DNA of 43,401 nucleotides, from contig DASYWM010000164.1 in NCBI GenBank assembly GCA_035936075.1, positions 1-43,401 of the forward strand. Direction: 5' to 3'. Under the pieces are notes generated by a model that was not told the origin of the DNA, searched no databases, and worked only from the letters and a program-made list of their open reading frames with translations. This DNA is from Thermomicrobiales bacterium. GTDB lineage: Bacteria; Chloroflexota; Chloroflexia; Thermomicrobiales; UBA6265. The translations under genes were made by a program, and so were the position numbers. Below are positions 1 through 9,435 of this stretch, piece by piece. Numbering within the stretch: position 1 is the stretch's first letter; every line of letters begins with the position of its first letter.

Positions 1-1
1 C

Positions 2-706
2 GACAAGGCTCGGAAGGCCGTCGGCTCGCGGGCCAGCGAGACCGTCTTCTTCCTGGCCCAGCACCAGCCAGGAGGGAGCGATCCGGTCGACTTGCTTCGG
101 GCTGAGGTCACGGAGACCTTGCCCGATCTCGCGCCCTCGTACGGGCGGTTCTTCTCGGCATGGCGTCCTGCCGCTGTGCGGGCAATCATCGACGAGACAG
201 CCAAGGCAAATGCGCAATTTGCGCTGGTTTCCAACATCCCTGCCGTCATCCCGATTCTTGGTGGATTCGTGGCCGCCAGCGCGGATCTGCTGGTACTCAC
301 CAAGAATCAGGTGATGATGTGCTACAAGATCGCAGCGGCCCACGATCAGGAACTGGGGCATCAGATGGCCATCGTGCGCGAGCTGACACCCGTGGTGGGT
401 GCCGGGTTCCTCTGGAGGACGGTGGCCCGCGAGGCGGCCTCGTTCATTCCCCTCGCCGCAGGGACGATACCGAAGGTGATTATTGCCTTCGCAGGGACGA
501 TGACGGTAGGTCGAGCCGCGGATTACTACTATCGGTTCGGGAAGAAACCACCGAAGGACCAGATGGATCAATTCCTGGAGAGTGCGACAAAGATGGCCAA
601 GAAGCTTCCGATCATTGGAGACAACTCAGATGAGGAGAAGGTGCAGGAGCAAAAGGAGCTGGTATCGGGCGAGATGGGCAAAGTCGATTCGGCCAGTAGA
701 TCGTAG
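2..706 (+). CDS. DUF697-like integral membrane protein; 5' end probably lies outside the window
   Basis: The frame is open from nt 2, with no stop before the ORF-track TTG at 92. Stop is TAG 704-706. Hydrophobic segments NIPAVIPILGGFVAASADLLVL and IPLAAGTIPKVIIAFAGTMTVG are followed by a charged tail. The family call rests only on a recalled DUF697/YcjF-like pattern. Confidence 0.55.
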   Translation, partial: DKARKAVGSRASETVFFLAQHQPGGSDPVDLLRAEVTETLPDLAPSYGRFFSAWRPAAVRAIIDETAKANAQFALVSNIPAVIPILGGFVAASADLLVLTKNQVMMCYKIAAAHDQELGHQMAIVRELTPVVGAGFLWRTVAREAASFIPLAAGTIPKVIIAFAGTMTVGRAADYYYRFGKKPPKDQMDQFLESATKMAKKLPIIGDNSDEEKVQEQKELVSGEMGKVDSASRS

Positions 707-716
707 CGTGATGGTA

Positions 717-752
717 GGAACGGCCCGCACCTCGGAAGGTGTGGGCCGTTCC
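717..752. terminator. Hairpin between convergent genes (likely bidirectional terminator)
   Basis: GGAACGGCCCGCACC (717-731), loop TCGGAA, GGTGTGGGCCGTTCC (738-752). This is a 15-bp stem with one G-U, followed by AGTTTCT on the plus strand. Confidence 0.6.
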
Positions 753-778
753 AGTTTCTGGCGGTCTTGACCGGGTTG

Positions 779-2164
779 TTATTTCGCCGGAACAGTCTCA
801 AGGTTGGCGGCCCTGATCCGCTTGTTCAGTTCCTGCAAGGACATTCCAAGAAGTGAAGCCGCCTCTTTCCGGTCGTCATCGGTGGCGACCAGGGCCTCTT
901 CAAGAGCGGTTTTTTCGATCTCACCGAGAAGATCATCAAGCGAAATGCCTCGACGAACGCGGTCTCCGATGTCGATCAGCCGACGGCTGTCCGTACCGTG
1001 GAAGTGAATGTGATCCTCTGTGATCACCTGCCCCTGAGCCAGCACGGTCGCTCGCTGGATAAGGTTCTCCAACTCGCGGACATTTCCCGGCCACTCGTAG
1101 CCCATCAGTTTATCCATGGCGCTCTGGCTCACCCGTGCAACTGGTGCGCCTGCCTTGTACCGATGTTTCTCGACGAAATGCTCGACAAGGAGCGGGATGT
1201 CGTCCTTGCGGTCGCGCAGGGGCGGAAGATAGATGGAAATCACGTTGAGGCGATAGTAGAGGTCCTCGCGGAAGCGATTGGCTTCGATTTCCTGCGCCAG
1301 GATCTTGTTCGTCGCTGCAATCACGCGTGTGTCGATCTTGACCGTGACGGACCCGCCGACGCGCTCGAATTCTCGTTCCTGGAGCACGCGGAGCAACTTC
1401 TTCTGGGTCGAGAGTGTCATTTCCCCGACCTCATCGAGGAAGATGGTGCCCTTGTTCGCCATCTCGAAGCGCCCCTTACGCTGATTCATCGCGCCAGTGA
1501 ACGATCCTTTTTCATGCCCGAAGAGTTCGCTCTCCAGCAATGTCTCCGGCAGGGCCGCGCAGTTGACCTTGATCAGCTGGCCGCGCGCATAGCTTGATGT
1601 CCGGTGGAGAATGCTGGCGATGAGTTCCTTGCCGGTGCCAGTTTCTCCGGTGATCAGGACCGTTGCATCGGAGTGAGCTACGCGGCCGATGGTCTTGTAG
1701 ACCTCCTGCATTGCGAGGCTATTGCCGATAAGCGGATCATTGGGGTCGTTCCGGTCGAGGAGGGCCGAGAGCTCGAGTACCTGATCATTGAGGCGAAGGC
1801 GTTCGAAATACCGCTTCACCGTGAGGAGGACTTCATCAAGATCAAAGGGCTTGGTGATGTAGTCGTAGGCGCCGAGGCGCATGGCTTCGATGGCAACACC
1901 TGAGCCACCGAACGCCGTCATGATGATGACGGGAAGCTGGCCCTCATTGGTCTTGCGGAGCTCCTGGAGCACGTCCATGCCGCTCTTGTCCGGCATCCGG
2001 ACATCCATCAGGATCAGTTTCGGGGCTGAGTCACCATTGGCCATGGTTTCGAGAACGCTCGCACCCGAGTCGACGTCCTGAACCTCATAACCTTCGTCGG
2101 AGAGAAAATCCCTCAGCACCTGCCGGATGGCGGCATCATCATCGGCGATGAGAATATTCTGCAT
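779..2164 (-). CDS. Sigma54-dependent response regulator (NtrC family: REC + AAA+ sigma54-interaction + Fis-type HTH)
   Basis: REC domain (ILIADDD..., LILMDVRMPDKSG). Walker A GETGTGKELIA, ESELFGHEKGSFTGA (GAFTGA-type loop), and WPGNVRELEN. C-terminal HTH is RKEAASLLGMSLQELNKRIR. ATG at 2164 (MQNILIADDD) is preferred over the ORF-track TTG at 2176. Confidence 0.92.
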   Translation of the reverse strand: MQNILIADDDAAIRQVLRDFLSDEGYEVQDVDSGASVLETMANGDSAPKLILMDVRMPDKSGMDVLQELRKTNEGQLPVIIMTAFGGSGVAIEAMRLGAYDYITKPFDLDEVLLTVKRYFERLRLNDQVLELSALLDRNDPNDPLIGNSLAMQEVYKTIGRVAHSDATVLITGETGTGKELIASILHRTSSYARGQLIKVNCAALPETLLESELFGHEKGSFTGAMNQRKGRFEMANKGTIFLDEVGEMTLSTQKKLLRVLQEREFERVGGSVTVKIDTRVIAATNKILAQEIEANRFREDLYYRLNVISIYLPPLRDRKDDIPLLVEHFVEKHRYKAGAPVARVSQSAMDKLMGYEWPGNVRELENLIQRATVLAQGQVITEDHIHFHGTDSRRLIDIGDRVRRGISLDDLLGEIEKTALEEALVATDDDRKEAASLLGMSLQELNKRIRAANLETVPAK

Positions 2165-2287
2165 ATGTCGCGTCAAGCCCTTCTGGATCGCATGAAGCGT
2201 CTTTGCACGGGTGCAGCCGCATCAGAATACATAGTATAGAGTGCCGGACACCTTGAGAGAGGTCAGCGGAAACAGGAGTTGAGAAGT

Positions 2288-3940
2288 ATGGTCACCCGCC
2301 TCGTCCTGATCGGGTTCAGCGGAACCGGGAAGAGCACCGTGAGCCGTCTGGTTGCTGAGCGGTTGGGGTGGTCATTGCTCGATATGGACGCCGAGATCGA
2401 GCGGCGCGAAGGCATGTCGATTCCGGATATGTTTTCAGCCAGGGGAGAGGCGGCGTTCCGGGCGCTCGAGCAAGCGGTATTCCTGGAGGCACTCGACCGG
2501 GAAGAGGTCGTCGTTGCCACGGGGGGCGGAGCAGTGTGTACGGAGGAGATCTGGCGCCTTCTGGATGCAGACCCCTCGACCGTTGTGGTCAGCCTGGATG
2601 CATCACCCGAGATCCTTCTTGAGCGTCTAACGGCTCATGGTCGGCAGGCAGCCGGTGGCGAAACGACGAAACGGCCATTGCTTGATTCGGACGACCCACT
2701 CAACCGGATCACGCTCCTGAAGGCCGACCGAAGGCCGTATTACCGGCGTGCGGACGTCACCATTCCGGTGGGACATCGGTCGCCTGAATCGACCGCATGC
2801 GACATCACCGAACTTGCCCTGCTGGCGAACGGTACGGCTTCAACCGTGACCCTGGACCTGCCTCAAGGGACGTCGTCCATTCTGGTGGGAAGGGGCCAGC
2901 GTGAAGAGGTGGCGGATCTACTGCGGAGCCGGTGGCCCAAGGCACAACGGGCCTGGATAGCCGCCGATGCGGCGGTGCACAAGCATCATGCAACATGGCT
3001 CACGTCGTTGGAAATCACTTCGGGCGTGTCACTGCATGTGCGCGATGTGCCATCTGGAGAGAGCAGCAAGAGTATAAGTGGGCTCGCCGATCTATACGAC
3101 TGGATGATCGGTGGAGGAGTGGAGCGGGGAGATGTCGCCATTGCACTCGGTGGTGGAGTGACGGGTGACGTCATGGGCTTCGCTGCGGCGACGGTTCTGC
3201 GCGGCATCGGCCTTATGCAGGTACCGACCACGCTCCTTTCGATGGTGGATTCCAGCGTCGGCGGAAAGACTGGCATCAATCATCCAGGCGGAAAGAATCT
3301 CATTGGTGCGTTCTATCAGCCGGCACTGGTCGTCGTGGATCCCGCATTCCTGGTCTCGTTGCCGAAACGGGAGCTGCGTTCCGGATTCGGCGAGATCATC
3401 AAGCACGGCGTGATCCAGGCCTCCACCCCGGGTGGCGAGAACGGTTTTCTGCTGGACGTGCTTGAGGCAAACGCTGCCTCGCTCCTCGCGCTGGAAGAGC
3501 CTCTCACGTCATGGGTCATTCGCCAGAACGTCTCGCTCAAGGCGTCGGTTGTTCGCGAGGATGAGAAGGAGTCTCGCCTGCGGGCGATCCTGAACTTCGG
3601 GCATACGATTGGCCATGGCGTCGAGGCGGCCGGATACTCCTTGCTGCACGGTGAGGCGGTTGCCGTCGGCATGGTGGCGGCGATGACGATTGCTGTCGAA
3701 AAGGGACTCATACCGGACCCGGCACGGGAACGTCTTGTTCGCCTGCTGGAGGCGTATCAGTTGCCGACCGTGGCAGACGTCGATACCGGCACTGTGCGGG
3801 CCAAGATGGCGCGCGACAAGAAAAAGGCAAGCGGCAAACAGCAGTGGGTGCTACCGATGCAGTCGGGAGGCGTCGAGATTCGAACGGACGTTACGGAGAC
3901 CGAGATGGAACTTGCCCTCGAAGCAATCGCCGGACACTGA
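2288..3940 (+). CDS. aroKB: Bifunctional shikimate kinase / 3-dehydroquinate synthase (AroK-AroB fusion)
   Basis: The N-terminus has the shikimate kinase P-loop LIGFSGTGKSTVSRL. The C-terminal ~360 aa carry DHQ synthase motifs GGGVTGDVMGFAAAT, VDSSVGGKTGINHP and NFGHTIGHGVE. AGGAG at 2274-2278 lies 9 nt before ATG 2288. Confidence 0.9.
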   Translation: MVTRLVLIGFSGTGKSTVSRLVAERLGWSLLDMDAEIERREGMSIPDMFSARGEAAFRALEQAVFLEALDREEVVVATGGGAVCTEEIWRLLDADPSTVVVSLDASPEILLERLTAHGRQAAGGETTKRPLLDSDDPLNRITLLKADRRPYYRRADVTIPVGHRSPESTACDITELALLANGTASTVTLDLPQGTSSILVGRGQREEVADLLRSRWPKAQRAWIAADAAVHKHHATWLTSLEITSGVSLHVRDVPSGESSKSISGLADLYDWMIGGGVERGDVAIALGGGVTGDVMGFAAATVLRGIGLMQVPTTLLSMVDSSVGGKTGINHPGGKNLIGAFYQPALVVVDPAFLVSLPKRELRSGFGEIIKHGVIQASTPGGENGFLLDVLEANAASLLALEEPLTSWVIRQNVSLKASVVREDEKESRLRAILNFGHTIGHGVEAAGYSLLHGEAVAVGMVAAMTIAVEKGLIPDPARERLVRLLEAYQLPTVADVDTGTVRAKMARDKKKASGKQQWVLPMQSGGVEIRTDVTETEMELALEAIAGH

Positions 3941-3989
3941 TGCACGAGTGAAACCGGCGGGCGCTGTGCTATGCTCTCCTGTGATGTCA

Positions 3990-4020
3990 GGTGGTCGCGC
4001 GATCACCGGCGTTTTGTTGT
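3990..4020 (+). terminator. Terminator-like hairpin plus T-rich tail after aroKB
   Basis: GGTGGTC (3990-3996), loop GCGC, GATCACC (4001-4007), then GGCGTTTTGTTGT. The stem is short (7 bp, one G-U). Confidence 0.4.
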
Positions 4021-4101
4021 GTCCCACAGGACACTCCTTGCCTGCAGCGCCAGCGAGCCGGTGAGCAAGCTCCAATTGTCACGGACAGGAGTACAAACAG
4101 C

Positions 4102-5097
4102 GTGACACCCTCCCCTCAGGTCGTGGTCAGTGCGTCCATCGCATTCGACCACATCCAGCAGTTCGGTGGTTCCTTCCGGGATCACATCCTCGAAGACAAG
4201 GCACACGTCATTTCGGTCAGTTTCCTGCTTGACTCGCTGAAGCATCAGCGGGGTGGGGTGGGCGGCAATATGGCCTATAACCTCGCCTTGTTGGGCGTTC
4301 CCGTTGCACTCGTCGGAGCTGTCGGGTCGGATTTTGGCCCGTACCGTGAGGTGCTCGAGGAACTGGGAGTCGATCTCACATACATACAGCAGGTCGATGA
4401 CGATCTCACCGCAAGCGCCTATATGAATGCCGATATGGCTGGAAACCAGATCGCCTCGTTCTATCCGGGCCCGGGTGCATTGACCCAGCAGATGGACCTG
4501 ACAGAGATCGCGGGGCAGGCACGGTACGGCATCGTCAGCGCCGGAGATCCGGTCGCAATGATGCTGCACTCCGAGCAGATTGCCAAGGCCGGCAAGCTCA
4601 TCTTCGATCCCGCGCAGCAGATCGTCATCCTTGATGGGGGTCAGCTGACAAGGGGCATCGATCTCGCCGAGATCGTGATCGGGAATGACTACGAGCTCGG
4701 CATGATCGAGCGGAAGACCGGGCTCTCCGTCGAGGACATCAGCAGGAAGGCGCCAATGACCGTGGTGACCTACGGGAGCCAGGGGTCGGAAATTTTCGTT
4801 GGCGGTGAATCGGTGAAGATCCCGACAGCGACACCCGATCCCCTCACCGATCCCACCGGAGCCGGAGACGCCTATCGTGCCGGGCTTGTCACTGGACTGC
4901 TGCTTGAAAAGGACCTGCCGGTTGTTGGTCGCCTGGCGGCACTTGCTGCGACGTACCCGATCGAATTCCATGGCACGCAGGAACATCGCTATACCCAAGG
5001 CGAATTTGTCGACCGGTTCGATGCCGCCTTCCCGGATTACGAGGGATCGGTAACGGTTGACGAGTTGGGTCACTTCAAGGCCGCCGTCGGTTCCTGA
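4102..5097 (+). CDS. PfkB-family carbohydrate/nucleoside kinase, likely adenosine kinase
   Basis: Motifs GGVGGNMAYNLALLG and DPTGAGDAYRAGL (PfkB signature 2). It sits directly upstream of ahcY and metK. GTG 4102 is preceded by GGAG about 10 nt upstream. The longer ORF-track start (3991) would run through a terminator-like hairpin. Confidence 0.8.
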   Translation: MTPSPQVVVSASIAFDHIQQFGGSFRDHILEDKAHVISVSFLLDSLKHQRGGVGGNMAYNLALLGVPVALVGAVGSDFGPYREVLEELGVDLTYIQQVDDDLTASAYMNADMAGNQIASFYPGPGALTQQMDLTEIAGQARYGIVSAGDPVAMMLHSEQIAKAGKLIFDPAQQIVILDGGQLTRGIDLAEIVIGNDYELGMIERKTGLSVEDISRKAPMTVVTYGSQGSEIFVGGESVKIPTATPDPLTDPTGAGDAYRAGLVTGLLLEKDLPVVGRLAALAATYPIEFHGTQEHRYTQGEFVDRFDAAFPDYEGSVTVDELGHFKAAVGS

Positions 5098-6471
<1,374 letters not shown>

Positions 6472-6480
6472 AGCACATCA

Positions 6481-6531
6481 CCCGGCCGGCTACTGTGGAC
6501 GGTGGCCGGTCGGGTTTGATGCTGTTCCTTT
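6481..6531 (+). terminator. Hairpin with T-rich tail between ahcY and metK
   Basis: CCCGGCCGGC (6481-6490) pairs with GCCGGTCGGG (6505-6514): 10 bp with one G-U and a 14-nt loop. It is followed by TTTGATGCTGTTCCTTT and lies about 40 nt before the metK start. Confidence 0.45.
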
Positions 6532-6569
6532 CGGGAGCGTCTGAAAGCGCCCCATGTAGGAGCCAGGCT

Positions 6570-7790
6570 GTGGCCAACACATTCGACACTTCCAAGAACC
6601 TCCTGTTCACCTCCGAGTCCGTGACCGAAGGTCATCCGGACAAGGTCTGCGACCAGATTTCCGATGCTGTACTTGATGCCGTGCTGGCTGAGGATCCGGA
6701 CGCACGCGTCGCGTGTGAGACGTCAGTAACCACGGGCCTCGTGCTGGTATTCGGCGAGATTACGACGAGCGCATATGTTGATATCCAATCTCTTGTTCGC
6801 AACGTCGTCTCCAATATCGGATATACGAACTCAAATCATGGCTTCGACGCAAGCCAGTGCGGCGTGATCGTGGCGATCAAAGAGCAGAGCCCGGACATCG
6901 CTGGTGGCGTCGACAATGCCCTGGAACAGCGACAGCAGATGGCTGACGACGAGTACGACACCATCGGCGCCGGCGACCAGGGCATGATGATTGGCTACGC
7001 TGTCAACGAGACGCCTGAACTCATGCCATTGCCGATATCGCTGGCCCACAGGGTTGCCCGTCGCCTTGCCGAGGCGCGCAAAAGCGGAGAGATCCCATAC
7101 CTTCTTCCTGACGGCAAGAGCCAGGTAACGGTTGAGTATTCCGATGGCAAGCCGGTTCGGGTCGACACTGTTCTGGTATCAACCCAGCATCTGCCCGAGG
7201 CGACCAATGAACAAATCCGGAAAGATGTTGAGGAGAAGGTTATCCGGGCCGTTGTGCCAGCCGAGTTGCTGGACGATCAGACGAAGATCGTGGTGAACCC
7301 CAGCGGTCGCTTTGTTATCGGCGGGCCCATGTCCGACGCCGGTCTCACCGGACGCAAGATCATCGTTGACACCTACGGTGGGATGGCTCGCCATGGCGGC
7401 GGGGCATTCTCGGGCAAGGACGCGACGAAGGTTGACCGGTCTGCTGCGTATGCCGCTCGCTATGTCGCCAAGAACGTGGTGGCGGCGGGATTGGCCGACC
7501 GCTTCGAAGTTCAACTCTCATATGCGATCGGCGTTGCCCATCCGGTCTCCTTCATGTGTGAGACGTTTGGTACCGGCAAGGTAAGCGATGAGGTGATCGA
7601 GCGGGTGGTCCGGGAGAATTTCGATCTCCGTCCCGCCGCTATCATCGATCACCTTGACCTGCAGCGACCGATCTACCGGCAGACTGCGGCATACGGCCAC
7701 TTCGGAAGGGACGATCTCGATCTCCCCTGGGAGCGGACCGACAAGGCCGAGACGCTGGCAAAGGCGGCCGGTATGGTTCAGACAGTCTAG
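6570..7790 (+). CDS. metK: S-adenosylmethionine synthetase
   Basis: Motifs [37 protein letters not shown] and [26 protein letters not shown] 6570 is preceded by GTAGGAG at 6556-6562. The ORF-track start at 6495 adds a non-conserved extension. Confidence 0.93.
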   Translation: MANTFDTSKNLLFTSESVTEGHPDKVCDQISDAVLDAVLAEDPDARVACETSVTTGLVLVFGEITTSAYVDIQSLVRNVVSNIGYTNSNHGFDASQCGVIVAIKEQSPDIAGGVDNALEQRQQMADDEYDTIGAGDQGMMIGYAVNETPELMPLPISLAHRVARRLAEARKSGEIPYLLPDGKSQVTVEYSDGKPVRVDTVLVSTQHLPEATNEQIRKDVEEKVIRAVVPAELLDDQTKIVVNPSGRFVIGGPMSDAGLTGRKIIVDTYGGMARHGGGAFSGKDATKVDRSAAYAARYVAKNVVAAGLADRFEVQLSYAIGVAHPVSFMCETFGTGKVSDEVIERVVRENFDLRPAAIIDHLDLQRPIYRQTAAYGHFGRDDLDLPWERTDKAETLAKAAGMVQTV

Positions 7791-7862
7791 GTCGTCTGGG
7801 CTGATGGCGTTTCGTGGCGCCAGGATAGACCATCCGGTATTCGAGACTACCACCTGGGCTGT

Positions 7863-7908
7863 GAAAGAGTGGGAGAGGGTGGCGCGCGACACCCTCTCCC
7901 ACTCTTTC
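7863..7908 (+). terminator. Very stable perfect 19-bp hairpin downstream of metK (no U-tail)
   Basis: GAAAGAGTGGGAGAGGGTG (7863-7881), loop GCGCGCGA, CACCCTCTCCCACTCTTTC (7890-7908). It is followed by GTCGTTCGCG, so it is not a canonical intrinsic terminator. Confidence 0.5.
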
Positions 7909-8147
7909 GTCGTTCGCGCCCCTGAAGTGCGCGGCCTGGCCTAACGGTAGTTCCCGGAAACCGCCGTCTTACGGATCAGTCAAAACTCATCATTGATAGC
8001 ACCCGGTCGCATGTGAAATTCCGTCATTCACCTGCCCCGACTGTTGCTGTTTTGAGTGATCCAGGCATATACGGCTATCATGGGACAGATGCTGCAACGC
8101 CCTTGTCGTTCAAAGCCGGGTCCAAGAAGAACGGAACTGCTGTTCAC

Positions 8148-8501
8148 ATGAAATTTGTCATCGCCGTCGTCCAGGACTATGACTGTGACAAGCTGCTGCG
8201 GGCGATCGCCAAAGAAAACCTGGGAGCGACGAAAATCTCGAGTACAGGAGGATTCCTGAGGATGGGGAATGCGACTGTCCTGATGGGTGTGGAGAACAGG
8301 CGCGTGCCGGAAGTAATCGAACTGATCAGGAAACATTGCCAGTCCCGAGTAGACGTGCAGCTCGACGCCACCTCTCCGGAGTACGAAGAGTGGTTCCCAG
8401 CAGGCGTTCATGAAGTGACAGTTGGTGGGGCAGTGGTGTTCACGCTCTCTGTCGACCGTATGGTGCGCATCATGCCCGATGCGGGTGGATTTGCATCATG
8501 A
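8148..8501 (+). CDS. darA: PII-like cyclic-di-AMP receptor DarA (YaaQ/DUF970 family)
   Basis: MKFVIAVVQDYDCDKLLRAIAKENLGATKISSTGGFLRMGNATVLMGVE closely mirrors recalled B. subtilis YaaQ/DarA (MKLIVAVVQDQDSNRLL...TKLATTGGFLKSGNTTF). ATG 8148 gives about 117 aa, the family-typical size. Confidence 0.85.
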   Translation: MKFVIAVVQDYDCDKLLRAIAKENLGATKISSTGGFLRMGNATVLMGVENRRVPEVIELIRKHCQSRVDVQLDATSPEYEEWFPAGVHEVTVGGAVVFTLSVDRMVRIMPDAGGFAS

Positions 8502-8734
8502 CTCAAGACCGATTTCGCTGGCTTCGCCGGTACTGGCAAGGGCTACTCATCGCAGCAGCCGTTTCTTACGGACAACTGCATGACACAGGTGGTACCGATG
8601 TGAGGGCAGCCCAGCGGCACCCCTATGTCTGGATGCTCCCCGACGGGCCAGCGCAGCCCAGTCCACTGGAAACCGTTGGACAATACATATTGACGATGCC
8701 TTTCGACCCCGAAGCCGAGCGAGTCTGGAATTGA
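8498..8734 (+). CDS. Hypothetical 78-aa protein, translationally coupled to darA
   Basis: ATG 8498 overlaps the darA stop (ATGA at 8498-8501). GGGTGGA lies 8 nt upstream. There is one short hydrophobic stretch (GLLIAAAVSYG). I recognise no domain. Confidence 0.45.
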   Translation: MTQDRFRWLRRYWQGLLIAAAVSYGQLHDTGGTDVRAAQRHPYVWMLPDGPAQPSPLETVGQYILTMPFDPEAERVWN

Positions 8735-8766
8735 CCCCCGGTTTACGTCTTCGCGAATAGCCAACG

Positions 8767-9045
8767 CTACTCAGCGAGCACGCTCGCGGTTTGCTTGTCG
8801 TAGCGAACGTCGTCCTTGAGCATCTTTCCGAGCATGAGCTGCATTGCCATGACGTGGCTGCATGTACCCAGCGATTGAGTTCGGAAAGTGTTGCAGGTGC
8901 AATCCCACCCATCCGGTGTGAGCTTGACCTGGTAGGCATTGTTATCACCCTGGACCGTCGCGTCGAAGAAATTGAATTTGACGCGGTCTGTCTCCTGGGC
9001 GTAACGATGTGCCTTCTCGATCTTCCCGATCATGCTGGAGTTCAT
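8767..9045 (-). CDS. Small SWIM zinc-finger domain protein
   Basis: The CxC...CxH SWIM signature is present in WDCTCNTFRTQSLGTCSHVMAM. ATG at 9045 (MNSSMIGKIEK) is preceded by AAGGAG about 11 nt upstream on the minus strand. Confidence 0.7.
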   Translation of the reverse strand: MNSSMIGKIEKAHRYAQETDRVKFNFFDATVQGDNNAYQVKLTPDGWDCTCNTFRTQSLGTCSHVMAMQLMLGKMLKDDVRYDKQTASVLAE

Positions 9046-9155
9046 TGCCGATACCGCTCCTTCTCTTTTATGCGCCGTGTGACGCATTATCCGCACGCAT
9101 CTGGGACCTCACCGAACGGGGGCAAGCTGCGGAGACAGGGCGGCCTTGCCCGGGT

Positions 9156-9195
9156 CAACAAAAAACACCGCTCGGGGACATCCCCCTGCGGTGTT
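9156..9195 (-). terminator. Canonical intrinsic terminator on the minus strand with no ORF immediately upstream
   Basis: Minus-strand RNA reads AACACCGC-AG-GGGG-AUGU-CCCC-GA-GCGGUGUU followed by UUUUUUGUUG. The outer stem is 9164-9171 with 9188-9195, and the inner stem is GGGG/CCCC. Confidence 0.75.
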
Positions 9196-9295
9196 GCAGC
9201 TTCGCGTTGCACATCCATCTGCGATGAGATGATCCATCTCTGTGTCCCTCAAGGGTCGAGCAACACCCCGACGTGCCGCTCACGGATCATGTTGT
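9156..9295 (-). ncRNA. Candidate ~140-nt leader/sRNA ending at the orphan terminator
   Basis: It is bounded by the extended -10 candidate and the canonical terminator. It contains an 8-nt segment (reverse complement of 9260-9267, GGUGUUGC) complementary to the 5' arm region of the terminator (reverse complement of 9190-9197, GCAACACC). I recognise no Rfam family by eye. Confidence 0.3.
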
Positions 9296-9301
9296 AGTCA
9301 G

Positions 9302-9310
9302 AGTATACCA
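9302..9310 (-). promoter_or_regulatory. Candidate extended -10 promoter (TGGTATACT) on the minus strand
   Basis: The reverse complement of 9302-9310 reads TGGTATACT. There is no good -35 (GGTTCC at 17-nt spacing). It would start a transcript near 9295 that runs into the 9156-9195 terminator. Confidence 0.3.
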
Positions 9311-9375
9311 ACATATCCAAGAAGGGAACCCCCTTGTGACGGCAACTACGAAATAGACTAGCCCGCGTACGAACG

Positions 9376-9410
9376 CATGAAAGCGCGCCATTCGACTAGG
9401 ATGGCGCGCT
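9376..9410 (-). terminator. Hairpin 25 nt downstream of the TPR gene stop
   Basis: AGCGCGCCAT (9382-9391) pairs perfectly with ATGGCGCGCT (9401-9410). The minus-strand tail is UUCAUGCGUUC, a weak U-tract. Confidence 0.45.
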
Positions 9411-9435
9411 CGTGGATCAACATCTCACCAAAGGT

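Noticed and set aside
8013-8147. 45-codon N-terminal extension of the darA ORF from a GTG at 8013
   Set aside because: DarA-family proteins are ~110 aa and begin MK(L/F)(I/V)xAVVQD. The extension has no homology that I recognise and lies in what looks like a promoter/leader region.
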